Below are positions 48,401-58,705 of a stretch of DNA of 64,000 bases, in pieces; within the stretch, counting starts at the first letter, position 1, and every line of letters starts with the position of its first letter. Source of the DNA: Amoebophrya sp. A120 (Eukaryota; Protista; Dinoflagellata); contig CAJINV010000005.1 in NCBI GenBank assembly GCA_905178155.1, positions 5,458,690 through 5,522,689 of the forward strand, given 5' to 3'. Under the pieces are notes generated by a model. It ran no database searches, was not told where the DNA came from, and saw nothing but the letters and a program-made list of their open reading frames with translations. The translations under genes were made by a program, and so were the position numbers.

Positions 48401-51400
48401 TGGGTCTGGGAGATAATTGCGAGACTTGTCATGCTAGTCTGGCATGACCCTGAGCTCTGTATTGCGTGGCCGCGATGAGCTCCTGTTGCCTGTCATGCAA
48501 AAACACAGTTTCTCATGCGGAGTACGCAACTTAGAACCATGGCAAAACTTGTCATGCTGGGCAGCGCGTCACAGTGGTTTTGCTATTTCCTTCCTTGCAT
48601 CACAACTTTCGAGACCCAGACATATTTGCAATGCATACGCCCAGTATTGGCAGCCGGACTACGCGCACAACCAGATGCTGGCTATATCACAAGGAAAAGT
48701 GTTAACGTTAACGGAATTTGTGATGCAGTATATGCATCAGAAAAGTTTCCCAGATTTGTACTGCGTAGCATGCATGGAAGGCAAAACTTGTAATGCGTGA
48801 CTGCCATCTGCGGAAACCGTTATTAACGTTAACATTTTTTTGTTTGATAGGCCACCGCAGGAGTGCAGAAAAGTCGCCTTCCCGAACCGAAAGCCGCAGC
48901 TGCGATGAAGAAGATGAAGCGAGGTAGAGATACAACGTTACATCAAGGAGGAGCTGCACCAGCTGCAGCTTCGGCTACGCTTGCTGGACCTGGCAAGGTC
49001 AAGAAGTCTTCACAGGAGGTGTCTGAATTAGAGGACGAGCAAGATGAGAACAGTTACGAGACACTGGCGCTGCTGGATTACAACGCGGATATCAACTGCA
49101 AAAGTATCGTAGTAGTAGTAATTGCACTAGCTGTTATCCGTGTGACCGCAGTATTTGTACTTGAGCGCAGCCGTGCCGCTTGCTGTAGCAAGGGCCACAG
49201 ACTCTAGAGCAGGGGAAGGGGGTGAGGGGCAAAGGAGGGAAAGGGGAAGGGAGCGAGCGGGGAAGGGGAACACGGAGGGGAGGGTGGAAGCCGGAAGGGG
49301 GGGATGCAGCCGGGGAGGAGGTGCCAAATAGAAGGAGAGAAAGCAGCAAGAACGGGCGAAAAGGAAAGGGCGAAGAGGGGCAAGGAGATGGAGACAGGGA
49401 AAAAGGCTGGAAAAGCAGGGGGAACAGCAGGCGAAAACGGGGGGAAATGCGATAAAAGGCGGCCCTACCGGGGAGGGAACAGGAATCAGGCGGCGGTGCT
49501 TGGATTCCGTGGGGTTTGTGCCTAAAGGGCACGGGAGAGTCCCGGGAGAAAGGTGGCTCCTGACCTGGAGTTTCCAGGCGTTTTCCGGTAAAATAAAAAG
49601 GCTAAGTGCGGCGTGCTGCTTCACAGGCGGCGGCTGCCGATGGAAAATCCGTGCTCAACAGGAGGAGATGGTGTTTTGGATCCCCGACCCGGGCTCGGGT
49701 CCCCCTTCCTCGCGAAGGGGCCGCGGGGTCTTGCCTTCGGGAGGTGAGGTCCCCCCCGCGCCCCCCCCCTCCCCGGACCCCGGGGATCCCCCCCCCCTCC
49801 CCNCCTCGAGGGGGGGTCCCCTCCCCCGGACCCCGGGGGTCCCCCCCCCTCCCCCTCCCCTGATAATTCACGCTGCTCTTTTCGTATAGTATAGGAATTA
49901 CGAATTCGCGTAGCATATACAAATAATATTTGTATATGCTGTTTCACCTTACGAAAGTCATGCATAAATGCGATTAGTACGAGTGCGATACTTTTGTACT
50001 GCATAGCGGAGCTGCGGCTGCAATTTCAGAAAGACCTGAACGACGTGCGGAAGATGAAACTACAAGCAGGAAGTATGATAAACATCGGAGAAGAAACTTC
50101 TCTTGCTGGTGAAGGAAATGCAAATACTGGAAGTAGTCCAACAACTTCTGGCACAACTCCGCCAGCAACGAGACGGCGCAAATCCAAAAAATCCGCTCCA
50201 CCTTCCGGGGCGGACCACCACGAACTGGCAACTCGGCCCGCTGGCTCCGGCACTGGAAGTTCTGGGGCGAAACTGATTGAAGATAAGGATGCGGAAATCA
50301 AGCGTCTGCTTGAAGTTGAACCTGGTGAAGTTGCGCGGGAATACGGTCTATGCATTGCAAATATCGATCTGGGTCTGGAAGAGTGCAACTTGTGATGCTG
50401 TTTTTGGATTGTAAAACGCTCTGTATTTTTGCATGACTAGCCAGGAGGAGTCCAGTAGTTTGTGTTACGCGGAGAGGGTATTTCTCATGCGGAAATGGCA
50501 TGAGAAAGCCCTCCAAACATCTGTGATGCTAGATCATGCATTACAGGCATCACTGGTCATGCAAATTATGCATGACAAACCTGGTAATTTTCCAGACCCA
50601 GACCTAATTGCATTTGATACGGCCTCGAGTTCGTCAACCCGCTGTTTGAATTATCCTGTGCAAAAGCATCGTACTCGTATTGCAGTCATGCATTACAAAT
50701 TTTCTTGTCAAGTCAAATCCGCATTACAAATTTTATTTCCCATGCTAAGGAGATTTGTAATGCATTTATACGAGTACGATACTTTTGCAATGCATATGAA
50801 TCGGACCGACTTCTTTTATGCAGACTGCAAAAGTAACATCGTACTCGTACTAGTAATTGCTGTTATGCATGACAAATTCATCCTTACTAGGGTAAAACAG
50901 CATTACAGATTTGATTTGTAATGCTATTAAGGAAATTTGTAATGCAATTATTACTAGGACTAGTACTAGTCCGATGGCACTTTTGCAATGCATATCTTTT
51001 CCTTCGTGGCGACTTTGCGGATTTCAAACTCCAAGAGGAGACGCAACTCCTGGTAGAGGCCGCGCAGCACAGGGTCCTTTATCAAAATGAAAAATCCCCC
51101 CACCCCACACTCAAACTAGAAATTTGTGATGCAGATTTGTGCCCACAAATCAGCTTTGGCATGCTAGAAGGGAAAAGATGCGCCCTGTAGTACTTGTTGG
51201 CGTGGGAATAAACCTTTGCGTCTTCAACATAACAGAAAACAACTAAAAGTGGGAAACAGCATGACAAATTGCCTGCAAACGCGGCCACAGCTGCGTCTCT
51301 TGGCGTTCTAGCATTACAAGTCGACTTGTGTACTCAGATACAGCATTACAAATTTCGTTTTCGATATGGGGAGGGGGGATTTTCCCTTTTGATATCCTTC

Positions 51401-54400
51401 CAAAGAAGCCGACGAGGAACCAGCTAGAGAGCGAAATTTATGGCGTTCTCAACTGTAACATTCTCAACCGTTACATGAATTTGTCATGCACAATGGCCAC
51501 AAGCCTCCACTTGATCAAGGTGCTCCTTGGCATGACAAATTTTCGAAGGGCTAAGCAGCATGATAATCTGTGGCAAAAAAAAATCTGTGATGCGAAAGCT
51601 GCAATGTTACCGCTTTCGGTTTTGCTGTTCTTGCATTACAAGTTTATGTAACAGTTGAGAATGTAACGTTTGCGAACGCCATAAAATTTTGAAGGGAAAT
51701 TTAACAGTCGGTCAGCTCCGGGAACTCGTGGCGAAAGAGCGCGTATCAAATGCAAATATGTCTGGGTGGTCTGGAAGATTGCAACTTGTCATGCTAAATC
51801 TGAATCAGGCAAAAAACTGTGTTGCGTGATTGCCAAAAGCTGTGCACTTTTGACCTAATCGAGAGGCAGTTTCTCACGCAGAATAGGCATTAGAAAGGTC
51901 TCGCAGAATCTGTCATGCTATGTCCTACATACCAGACCTCATGGGTCACGGAAAACCTGCATGACAAGTCTTGCAATCTTCCAGAGGACCCAGACATATT
52001 TGCAATCAATAGCGCGCGCAAAAGCAACAGGACGACGAAATCCAAGCTCTGCAGGGGGAGCTGTGTCTTCGCTACAAGAGCCTTGCTAACGGCCCGATTG
52101 AAGCTGGCTATGAGGAGATGTTCACCGAGGAAGAGATCCAAGCTGTGCCTTTCGATATGGCGCTCTCAACTGTTACATTCTCAACTGTTCCATGAATTTG
52201 CTATGCAAGAATGGCAAAAGTGAAAGGAGGGGGCTTGCGCGTCTTGCATGACAGGTTTGGCACAGATGGAGACGCTGTTTAGCCCTTCGAGAACTTGTCA
52301 TGCGAAGCAGCTTGATCTTCGTCTGGTGGCTCATGGTCATTTTGCATCACAAATCATGCAACAGTTGAGAGTGTAACTTTTGAAAGCGCCATATTCGAGC
52401 AGATCGACTTACGGCGCAAAAACGGCAAGCTTTCCTCCGCATTGTCGCAGGCACGAGGACCTGTTGGTGGGGAAAAAAGAACTTCTTGCCCCGGCAAGAA
52501 AACGACGACCACAGGAGGTGGTCATGATCTTCATGCGCAAGTAGAGCAGCATCTTCAAGAGCAGGGCCGCGCCGCAGATGTTGCTGCTCGTCCGGAGGGC
52601 CACGACGAGGACTTAGGCTTTGCTGACAGCAACTCAGACGATTCATTCGACTTCTCCGCCTGGGAAACGCACGAGGTTCGAAGTCGGTTGAAACACTTGC
52701 TGGCAAAACGAGAGCCTGACGAGGCCTATATTTTTACGGATGAAGAGGTAGAAGTAGAACATCAACAAGCACAAGCACGAAACCCCGCCCAGGGGACTCG
52801 AACACAAGAAGGCCCCCCAGAACAACCTCAAGCTGCTGCATCTGCTCGGGTGGTTTCTACCACGACGAAAACGGCTAACCACGAGGAAATTGCGGAAGTC
52901 CTGCGCACGACGCGGAAACTCACTCCCTGGGACTTTGTCAACGAAGCCGTTCAGGCTTTTCTCGCTGAGGATGTGGTACAGGACTTTTTGCAGGCCGCCG
53001 CAGAGTGGAAACCCCTGCTGGCTGGCATGCGGACTACAACGGGCCATGGTGGAGGCGGTTTTTCATTCAAGCGTGAAGAGCGTGAGCACAACAAGAGGAA
53101 GGGGACGAGCATCAACATGAAAATAAATTTAAATTCATCAGGACAAAAGGAAAAGCCAACGCCAACTGATTACCAAGCGGAGATAGACTTCCTGCAGGAG
53201 ACATTTGACACGGAAAAGGCCAGTATTGCGGACAGTAACTTTGACTACGCGCTGCTTGCCATGCAGGAAGAGGAGCAGGTGATTCTTTCCCAACTGAAGC
53301 GCATCCGGCAGCGGAGCGGGGGTTTGCTGAACGATATGCAGTGCAAAAGTAATATCGTACTCCTCGTACTACAAATGCATTACAAATTTTCTCAGCATGA
53401 GAGAAAAAAATTGTAATGCGGATTCAGCATCAGCTTCAGAAAAAAAATTGTAATGTATGATTGCAATTACTGCGAGTACGATACTTTAACTTTTGCACAG
53501 GATAAACGAAAAGAAGTACGGACTGATGATCAACGAAGTGCAGGGTTTATTGCACTTTCGGAACAAACAGGCACTTGCACAAGAAGAAGCGCGATATGTT
53601 GATGACGAGCTGCGCATTGACAATGATACGAACGAACTGGAGGAAGCGTTACTGAGGGAACTGTCTGCGAAACTGCCCTCGTCTATGAACATATGAAATG
53701 CAAAAGCATCGTACTAGTAGAAATCGCATGACAAATTCCCTCAGCATGAAAAATGAAATTTGTAATGCGGATGGAGGTTACGAAAGAGATTTGTAATGCA
53801 TGACTTGGATTACTACGAGTGCGATTCTTTTGCACAGGATAGAGCAAGATCTTTAACGACTTGCTTTTTGAGGAGGTTGTGATGTCTGGCGCCACGCAAG
53901 CATATGCATTGCAAATATGTCTGGGTCTGGAATAAATTTCTCATGCAAGGAAGGGAATATTAGTGACCACACCGCAATGCGCTCCCCAGCATGACAAGTT
54001 TTTCCGTGCTGGCTCAGAGCTGCGTGCTCCGCATGAGAAGCCGCGTCTTTGCATGACAGACAAGAGGACCTATTGGCGGGCACGCAATAGTACAGAGTTC
54101 AGAGTCATGCCAGACTAGCATGACATCCCCCAGACCCAGACATATTTGCAGTTCATAAAGCTCATCTGTCTGCAAATGCTGGGATCGGCACGACGACGAA
54201 CAACACGACGGGCGGCAAGGATCATAGTACCGTGGGAAGTGGAAATGGCCCGGTAGCTGCAGGAGGAGGAGGTTATGGCACCACGGCGACGGATCCTATT
54301 GGCCAGGAATTACCCCCGAAAATTGTCGGTTATATTAGCGACCTGGATCATGCTATCGCAAGAAAAAACTGTGTCACTGTGAACTTGTGATGCAGAAAAT

Positions 54401-57400
54401 GGAACGCAGAACTATTTGTCTTGCTACACCTGCAAGACATTGGATTTTCAAGCGTGTTTTCCCTTGGGAAACGTGCATGGCAAATTTTCTGTGCCATGTG
54501 TATACAAACTTGTCACGCGGTTCTTGCAAAATCATCACAGTGAAACAGTTTTTTCGTGGGATACATGCGAAAGCCGTCGAGAAGATGCAGCAGAGTGGAC
54601 ATCAAAGCGGGGCTTCCTCGCATGGGAACGGTCCTGCTTTGTTCCAGGTCAAAACTGCAACTACTGCGTCCTCGCAAGGATCAGCATCTTCCCCCTCGTC
54701 GGCCCCGTCCCAGCATCAGATGAACAGCAACGCGCCGTATAGCACGACGCCACTGGTGCACCCAGGGTTCCACCTCCGCAATATCCTGCGCACCAACCCG
54801 CGAGACACGGTCCGGTACGAGGCCTGGTTGTATTGGCGCATGTGCAAGGGGAAGCTACAGGCCCCGCTGAGCAGCAAGAAGTTTCAGGACCTTGATCTGG
54901 ACAAATTGCTGGCGGGGCACGAAGGAGCTCCTGGTGGTGCAGCAAGAAGTACTATCACGGGGGGCGGGAAGGGCCTGGGCCGCACGGTCGCGGGGAAAAA
55001 TGCCAGATCTTCATGCAGCCCAGAGGCGCTGACGAAAAACCTTCTCTACCGCGCCCAGCGTGAGGAATGGGAGGAAGCTGTGGCATTGGCGGACATTCAG
55101 GATGACATCGTTCCACCCCCAATTGTTTGGAGGCGGAGCGATACTAGAAAAAATTCGGCTCCGGCAGCTGACATCAAGCAAGGCAAAACTAGTCCAGAGG
55201 ATCAACAACACCAACAGACGAAGAAAAAAGAAGGAGATCATCGGGCCGCTGGTGCACAACAAGCAGGTACTGCTGGATCATCATCTAAGCGAGGAGGTTC
55301 TTTTGCTGTTACCGACACGATCACGAACCAGGGAAATGGAGCTGCACCTAACACGACGACCAATGCAGCAGCAGCAACTCCAGCATCTTCTACTACTTCC
55401 AATACTAGCGCTTTCCAGAGTTTCTTTGAGGGCATCCGCAATTATTCCGTGAAAATTAACCATCCCCATCCACTTTGTGCATGACAAACAGAGGACTTTA
55501 TGCATGTTTTGCATGACAAACTGGATGGGGATGGTTGATTTTCAGGGGATAGCAATGCGTTTAGCTCGGGCGCAGGATTGTCTGGAAGTACGAAGGCGCA
55601 GCGGGGCGGGCGAGAAAAAGCCACGAGCACGACGGCAGATCGAGACGATCAAGATAAAAAGATGCAGGTGGACGATGCTCATGATGCTGCTAGCACAGAA
55701 GCAGCGGCAGGGTCGTCGCATTTCGAGGACCATGGTGAGGGCGGAGAGGTGAACGAGGACGATGAAGACGGCGAAATTATGAACGATGCCCATGCACCAG
55801 CTGATCTCGCAAAAGTTCTAGACAAGCCTCTCACTTACGGCGAGATCCTGGCTTCTTGGATGTCAGCGATGGGCCTGAAATATCCTGTGCAAAAGTATCG
55901 TACTCGTAGTAATCGCAGTCATGCAATACAAATCTCCTTCTTGACCTGAATCCGCATTACAAATTGCATTTTCCATGCTGACGGAATTTGTCATGCGATT
56001 ACTATACATTATATTCATGCGAAAAAAGAGGTAGACAGAGGGTCCCAGAGAGGTGGCCGAGAGGTAAAAAAGAGGTCGACAGAGGTAGAAAAGAGGTCGA
56101 CAGAGGTGGAGAGGTGGCGCGGGACCCCGTTCGAGAGGGTCCGCGAGAGGGTGCGCGAATAAGGCCCGCAGTAAGCGCCCACCCTTAGGCGCCGCCTAAG
56201 TGGCGCAGAGGGTGCAGAGAGGTCAAAAAGAGGGTGCGCGAGAGGTCGACAGAGGTGGAGAGAGGTGTTGCGAATAAGGGGCGACCTCTCGCGGACCCTC
56301 TTGGCCACCTCTCGGCCACCTCTCGGCCACCTCTGTCGACCTCTGCCCGCGAGTATAGCCGGATTATTAGCGGGGACCCCCAAAAGAGGCCAAAAAGAGG
56401 GTCTGCGAGAGGTCTGCGAGAGGGTAAAAGCACAAAGAAGCGGGCGCGAATCCGCATGGTAGTGCCCATATTTGGCATTGCAGGCCATTCGCGGACTTGT
56501 TTTGTTCGGCGCCTTTCCGTGCCGCCCTCTCGCGCACCCTCTCGCGCACCCTCTCGCGTCACCCTCTCGCGCCACCCTCTCGCGCACCCTCTCGCGCCAC
56601 CCTCTCGCGCCACCCTCTCGCGCACCCTCTCGCGCCACCCTCTCGCGCCACCCTCTCGCGCCACCCTCCCGCGCCACCCTCTTCCACCATGCAACTTCTG
56701 TTCGCCCCCGGTGTTCTTTGCAGCTGCTCCCTGCGCAGAGCGCCCACAGGCGCGGGAAGCGCGCAAGTGGTCCTGCGGCTTGGCGCGGCGCAAATCGGCG
56801 GCAGGGATCCAGTGTGTTTCGTTGTGCCTACTAGGCCCGTGGGGTTGTGGTCCGAGCGGCAAACAGCCTTGCCCCGGCCCAACAGCCTTGCGCTCCGGCG
56901 GCAGCCGGAGCATGGCTGGTTTCTACTAGTGCGATACTTTTGCAATTGATATGAAAAACGCAGTCCGGGACTCTCTCCGGGGTCCGAACGCGAAGACGGT
57001 CGCGGTCCACAACTCCGATGTAGGCGTGCCTGGCACGCCCACGCAGGTCGCGGTTTTGAATCAGAACAAAGTGCTCGAGTCGGTGCAGCAGTCGGTGGAT
57101 ACCAAAGACCGGAAAGTGCTGCACGCATTTTTGGAATTCCATGAGGCAAGCCGCGAAATTCAGTCCGACGAAGTAGTGGAGTTCGGCGACAAGGATGTTC
57201 TTGTGTCGGCGAACGCGGAAGAAATGCGTGCGTTTTTCACCAGGGTGAAAAAGTCGATGAAAAGCAAAGGCTATGTCTTACAAAAAAAAGTGTGACAGTC
57301 ACGACGCCTTTTATTTTGTCGGAGCTTTAGCTAGCAGCAGCAGCACAGATTATAATATAGTTCGAATTTCAAAAATGTGCTCTACCTGTTGACAAGGAAT

Positions 57401-58391
57401 AAAACAGTACCCAGGTGATCATAAGGCAGCACACGCACTCGCACGAAAAGAGGCTGACAAGCATAATTTGCCTCGACCTGGCTACAAGCATTTTCTTTTC
57501 TTTTTCGACAGTGTGACCGTTAGGCATGACAAAATGTTTCTGTCCTACCTGGCCTCCTACAAGAATACAGTGTGATGTCGCTGTGGCTTTTTTTTTCTGT
57601 GCATAAACTCCCGACGGTGAAAAACCGCAGGCTGTATTACGAGCATCTCATCTATGGGGTTCTCAAACGTTACACTCTCAGTTGTTGCATGAATTTGTGA
57701 TGCTAAAGCAGCAAAAGCGAAATCGGGAAGGTTGCGCGTGTTGCATTACAAATCTGGACCGGATCGTGAATCACGCTTTTTACGTTCACCCCTTCGTGAA
57801 TTTGTCATGCGAAAGCACCCTGATCGTGTGGCCGCTTATTGCAGTTTTGCATGGCAAATCATTATCATGTAACGGCTGAGGGTGTAACGCTTGAGAACCC
57901 CATCTCATCTACGAAAAGGTCGCGACGGAGCGAGTTGCGCAGCTGCAACGGGTATGACTTGCAAAAGCATCGTACTAGTAGTAATCGCATCACAAATTTG
58001 CTCAGTATGACAAATGGAATTTCTCATGCTGATTTACCTTGAAAAAGAGATTTGTCATGCATACATGCGATTACTACGAGTGCGATACTTTTGCACAGCA
58101 TAACGGGGCCGCGCGGACCTCATGTGGGACCTGTTTTTGCACAAGTTCAAGAAGCTGCAGACCGCGAGTCTGCGGCTTGCAGAGAGATTCGAGGACTTGG
58201 CAGAGAATTATGGAAGATACCTGGAACACGACCTAATCGACCCTTATCACCGCGAGGAGGTGAAGTTGCTCCAGAAATTTATCGCTGTAGAAGAAAAAAA
58301 GCACCGGAATGAGCCGGGGTGGCAAACGCTCGCGCAAGAAGTGCAGGATATGACCGAAAAAAGCCCCTGGCGATTTGTCGTGCTGTATTGA
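45415..58391 (+). CDS. Very large multi-exon hypothetical protein interrupted by 21 introners (start uncertain; may continue into 58706+)
   Basis: Frame continuity checked at 47081, 47543, 49090, 50349-52393 (7 junctions) and 55881. Hydrophobic stretch SLLSYVLALAAGSASV at ~46540-46590. Confidence 0.75.
47081..47189. mobile_element. Introner family M (109 bp)
   Basis: TIR TATCCAGGAAAAAACACCCATC.CCATCCA; DR ACTGA. Confidence 0.94.
47543..47872. mobile_element. Introner family H
   Basis: TIR GAAAAAT...CCCTCCCCATAT; DR ATACG. Confidence 0.9.
48382..48637. mobile_element. Introner family E
   Basis: TIR TATCAAATGCA..TGTCTGGGTCT / AGACCCAGACATATTTGCAATGCATA; DR CGCTT/CGCCC. Confidence 0.85.
48685..48849. 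mobile_element. Introner family L
   Basis: TIR TATCACAAGGAAAAGTGTTAACGTTAA; DR GGCTA/GGCCA. Confidence 0.88.
49090..50005. mobile_element. Family C introner with a nested ~770-bp insertion
   Basis: TIR TATCAACTGCAAAAGTATCG / CGATACTTTTGTACTGCATA; DR GCGGA; host frame YNAE|LRLQF restored. Confidence 0.9.
49127..49896 (-). mobile_element. Putative non-autonomous Helitron-like insertion inside an introner
   Basis: Minus strand starts TCCTATACTATACGAAAAG and ends ACAGCTAG; no TSD; splits the host TTGCA|TTAC motif. Confidence 0.5.
50349..50619. mobile_element. Introner family E
   Basis: TIR TATGCATTGCAA..TCTGGGTCTGGAA; DR CGGTC/CGGCC. Confidence 0.88.
50652..50796. mobile_element. Introner family C
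   Basis: TIR TGCAAAAG.ATCGTACTCGTAT; DR TGAAT. Confidence 0.93.
50817..50994. mobile_element. Introner family C
   Basis: TIR TATGCA..TGCAAAAGT / ACTTTTGCAATGCATA; DR TCTTT. Confidence 0.9.
51080..51394. mobile_element. Introner family H
   Basis: TIR TATCAAAA..AAAATCCCCC; DR TCCTT. Confidence 0.9.
51439..51683. mobile_element. Introner family G
   Basis: TIR TATGGCGTTC / GAACGCCATA; DR AAATT. Confidence 0.92.
51744..52011. mobile_element. Introner family E
   Basis: TIR TGCAAATATGTCTGGGT..TCTGGAAGATTGCAA; DR GCGCG. Confidence 0.92.
52156..52393. mobile_element. Introner family G
   Basis: TIR TATGGCGCT..GTTACA.TCTCAACTGTT; DR TTCGA. Confidence 0.92.
53335..53504. mobile_element. Introner family C (opposite orientation to 50652 copy)
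   Basis: TIR TATGCAGTGCAAAAGT / ACTTTTGCACAGGATA; DR AACGA. Confidence 0.92.
53692..53841. mobile_element. Introner family C
   Basis: TIR TATGAAATGCAAAAG / CTTTTGCACAGGATA; DR GAACA/GAGCA. Confidence 0.88.
53903..54157. mobile_element. Introner family E
   Basis: TIR TGCAAATATGTCTGGGTCTGG; DR AAGCA/AAGCT. Confidence 0.88.
54354..54563. mobile_element. Introner family A
   Basis: TIR GAAAAAACTGT.TCACTGTGA; DR CATGC. Confidence 0.92.
55443..55551. mobile_element. Introner family M (109 bp)
   Basis: TIR TGAAAAT.AACCATCCCCATCCA; DR GCAAT. Confidence 0.92.
55881..56951 (+). mobile_element. Composite family C introner with ~0.9 kb GC-rich cargo
   Basis: C-type TIRs, DR TGAAA; host frame MGLK|NAVRD restored; sister copy at 36928-38031. 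Confidence 0.9.
56525..56682 (+). repeat. 12-13-bp tandem repeat CCCTCTCGCGC(C)A (~12 units)
   Basis: Directly visible inside the cargo of the composite element. Confidence 0.9.
57272..57605. mobile_element. Introner, A-like (divergent)
   Basis: TATG..AAAAAAAAGTGTGACAGTCAC / GTGA..CTTTTTTTTTCTGTGCATA; internal GCATGACAA. Confidence 0.6.
57653..57904. mobile_element. Introner family G
   Basis: TIR ATGGGGTTCTCAA.CGTTACAC.CTCAG; DR TCATC. Confidence 0.9.
57953..58102. mobile_element. Introner family C
   Basis: TIR TATG..TGCAAAAG.ATCG / CGATACTTTTGCACAGCATA; DR ACGGG. Confidence 0.9.
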
Positions 58392-58705
58392 TAACATTGA
58401 CATTGACATACTTTTTCAAGTAATTTTCATCTACTTAGACTGGCGTCTATTTTGGAATAGAAACTTGTGGTCCTCCTGTTGATGTACTTGATGTTTTGAG
58501 ACGGCAAAATCCATAGTGCCAAGTTTCTGTCATGTTTCGTTTGATTTGGAAAAATATAGCAATCGATGAAATATGCGCGTTAATAGCGTTTCTTGAAAAC
58601 AACAAATGATACCGACCACGGCGCATATTTTGTATTTTCAAGAAGAATTTCAATTCACACACAAAACAATAAAACAGCACCACGCGCAACAAGGGAGAGC
58701 AGAAG

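Noticed and set aside
56015-56929. 220-242 aa ORFs in the composite element as a possible transposase
   Set aside because: Low-complexity translations of GC-rich repeats on both strands, with no catalytic motifs.
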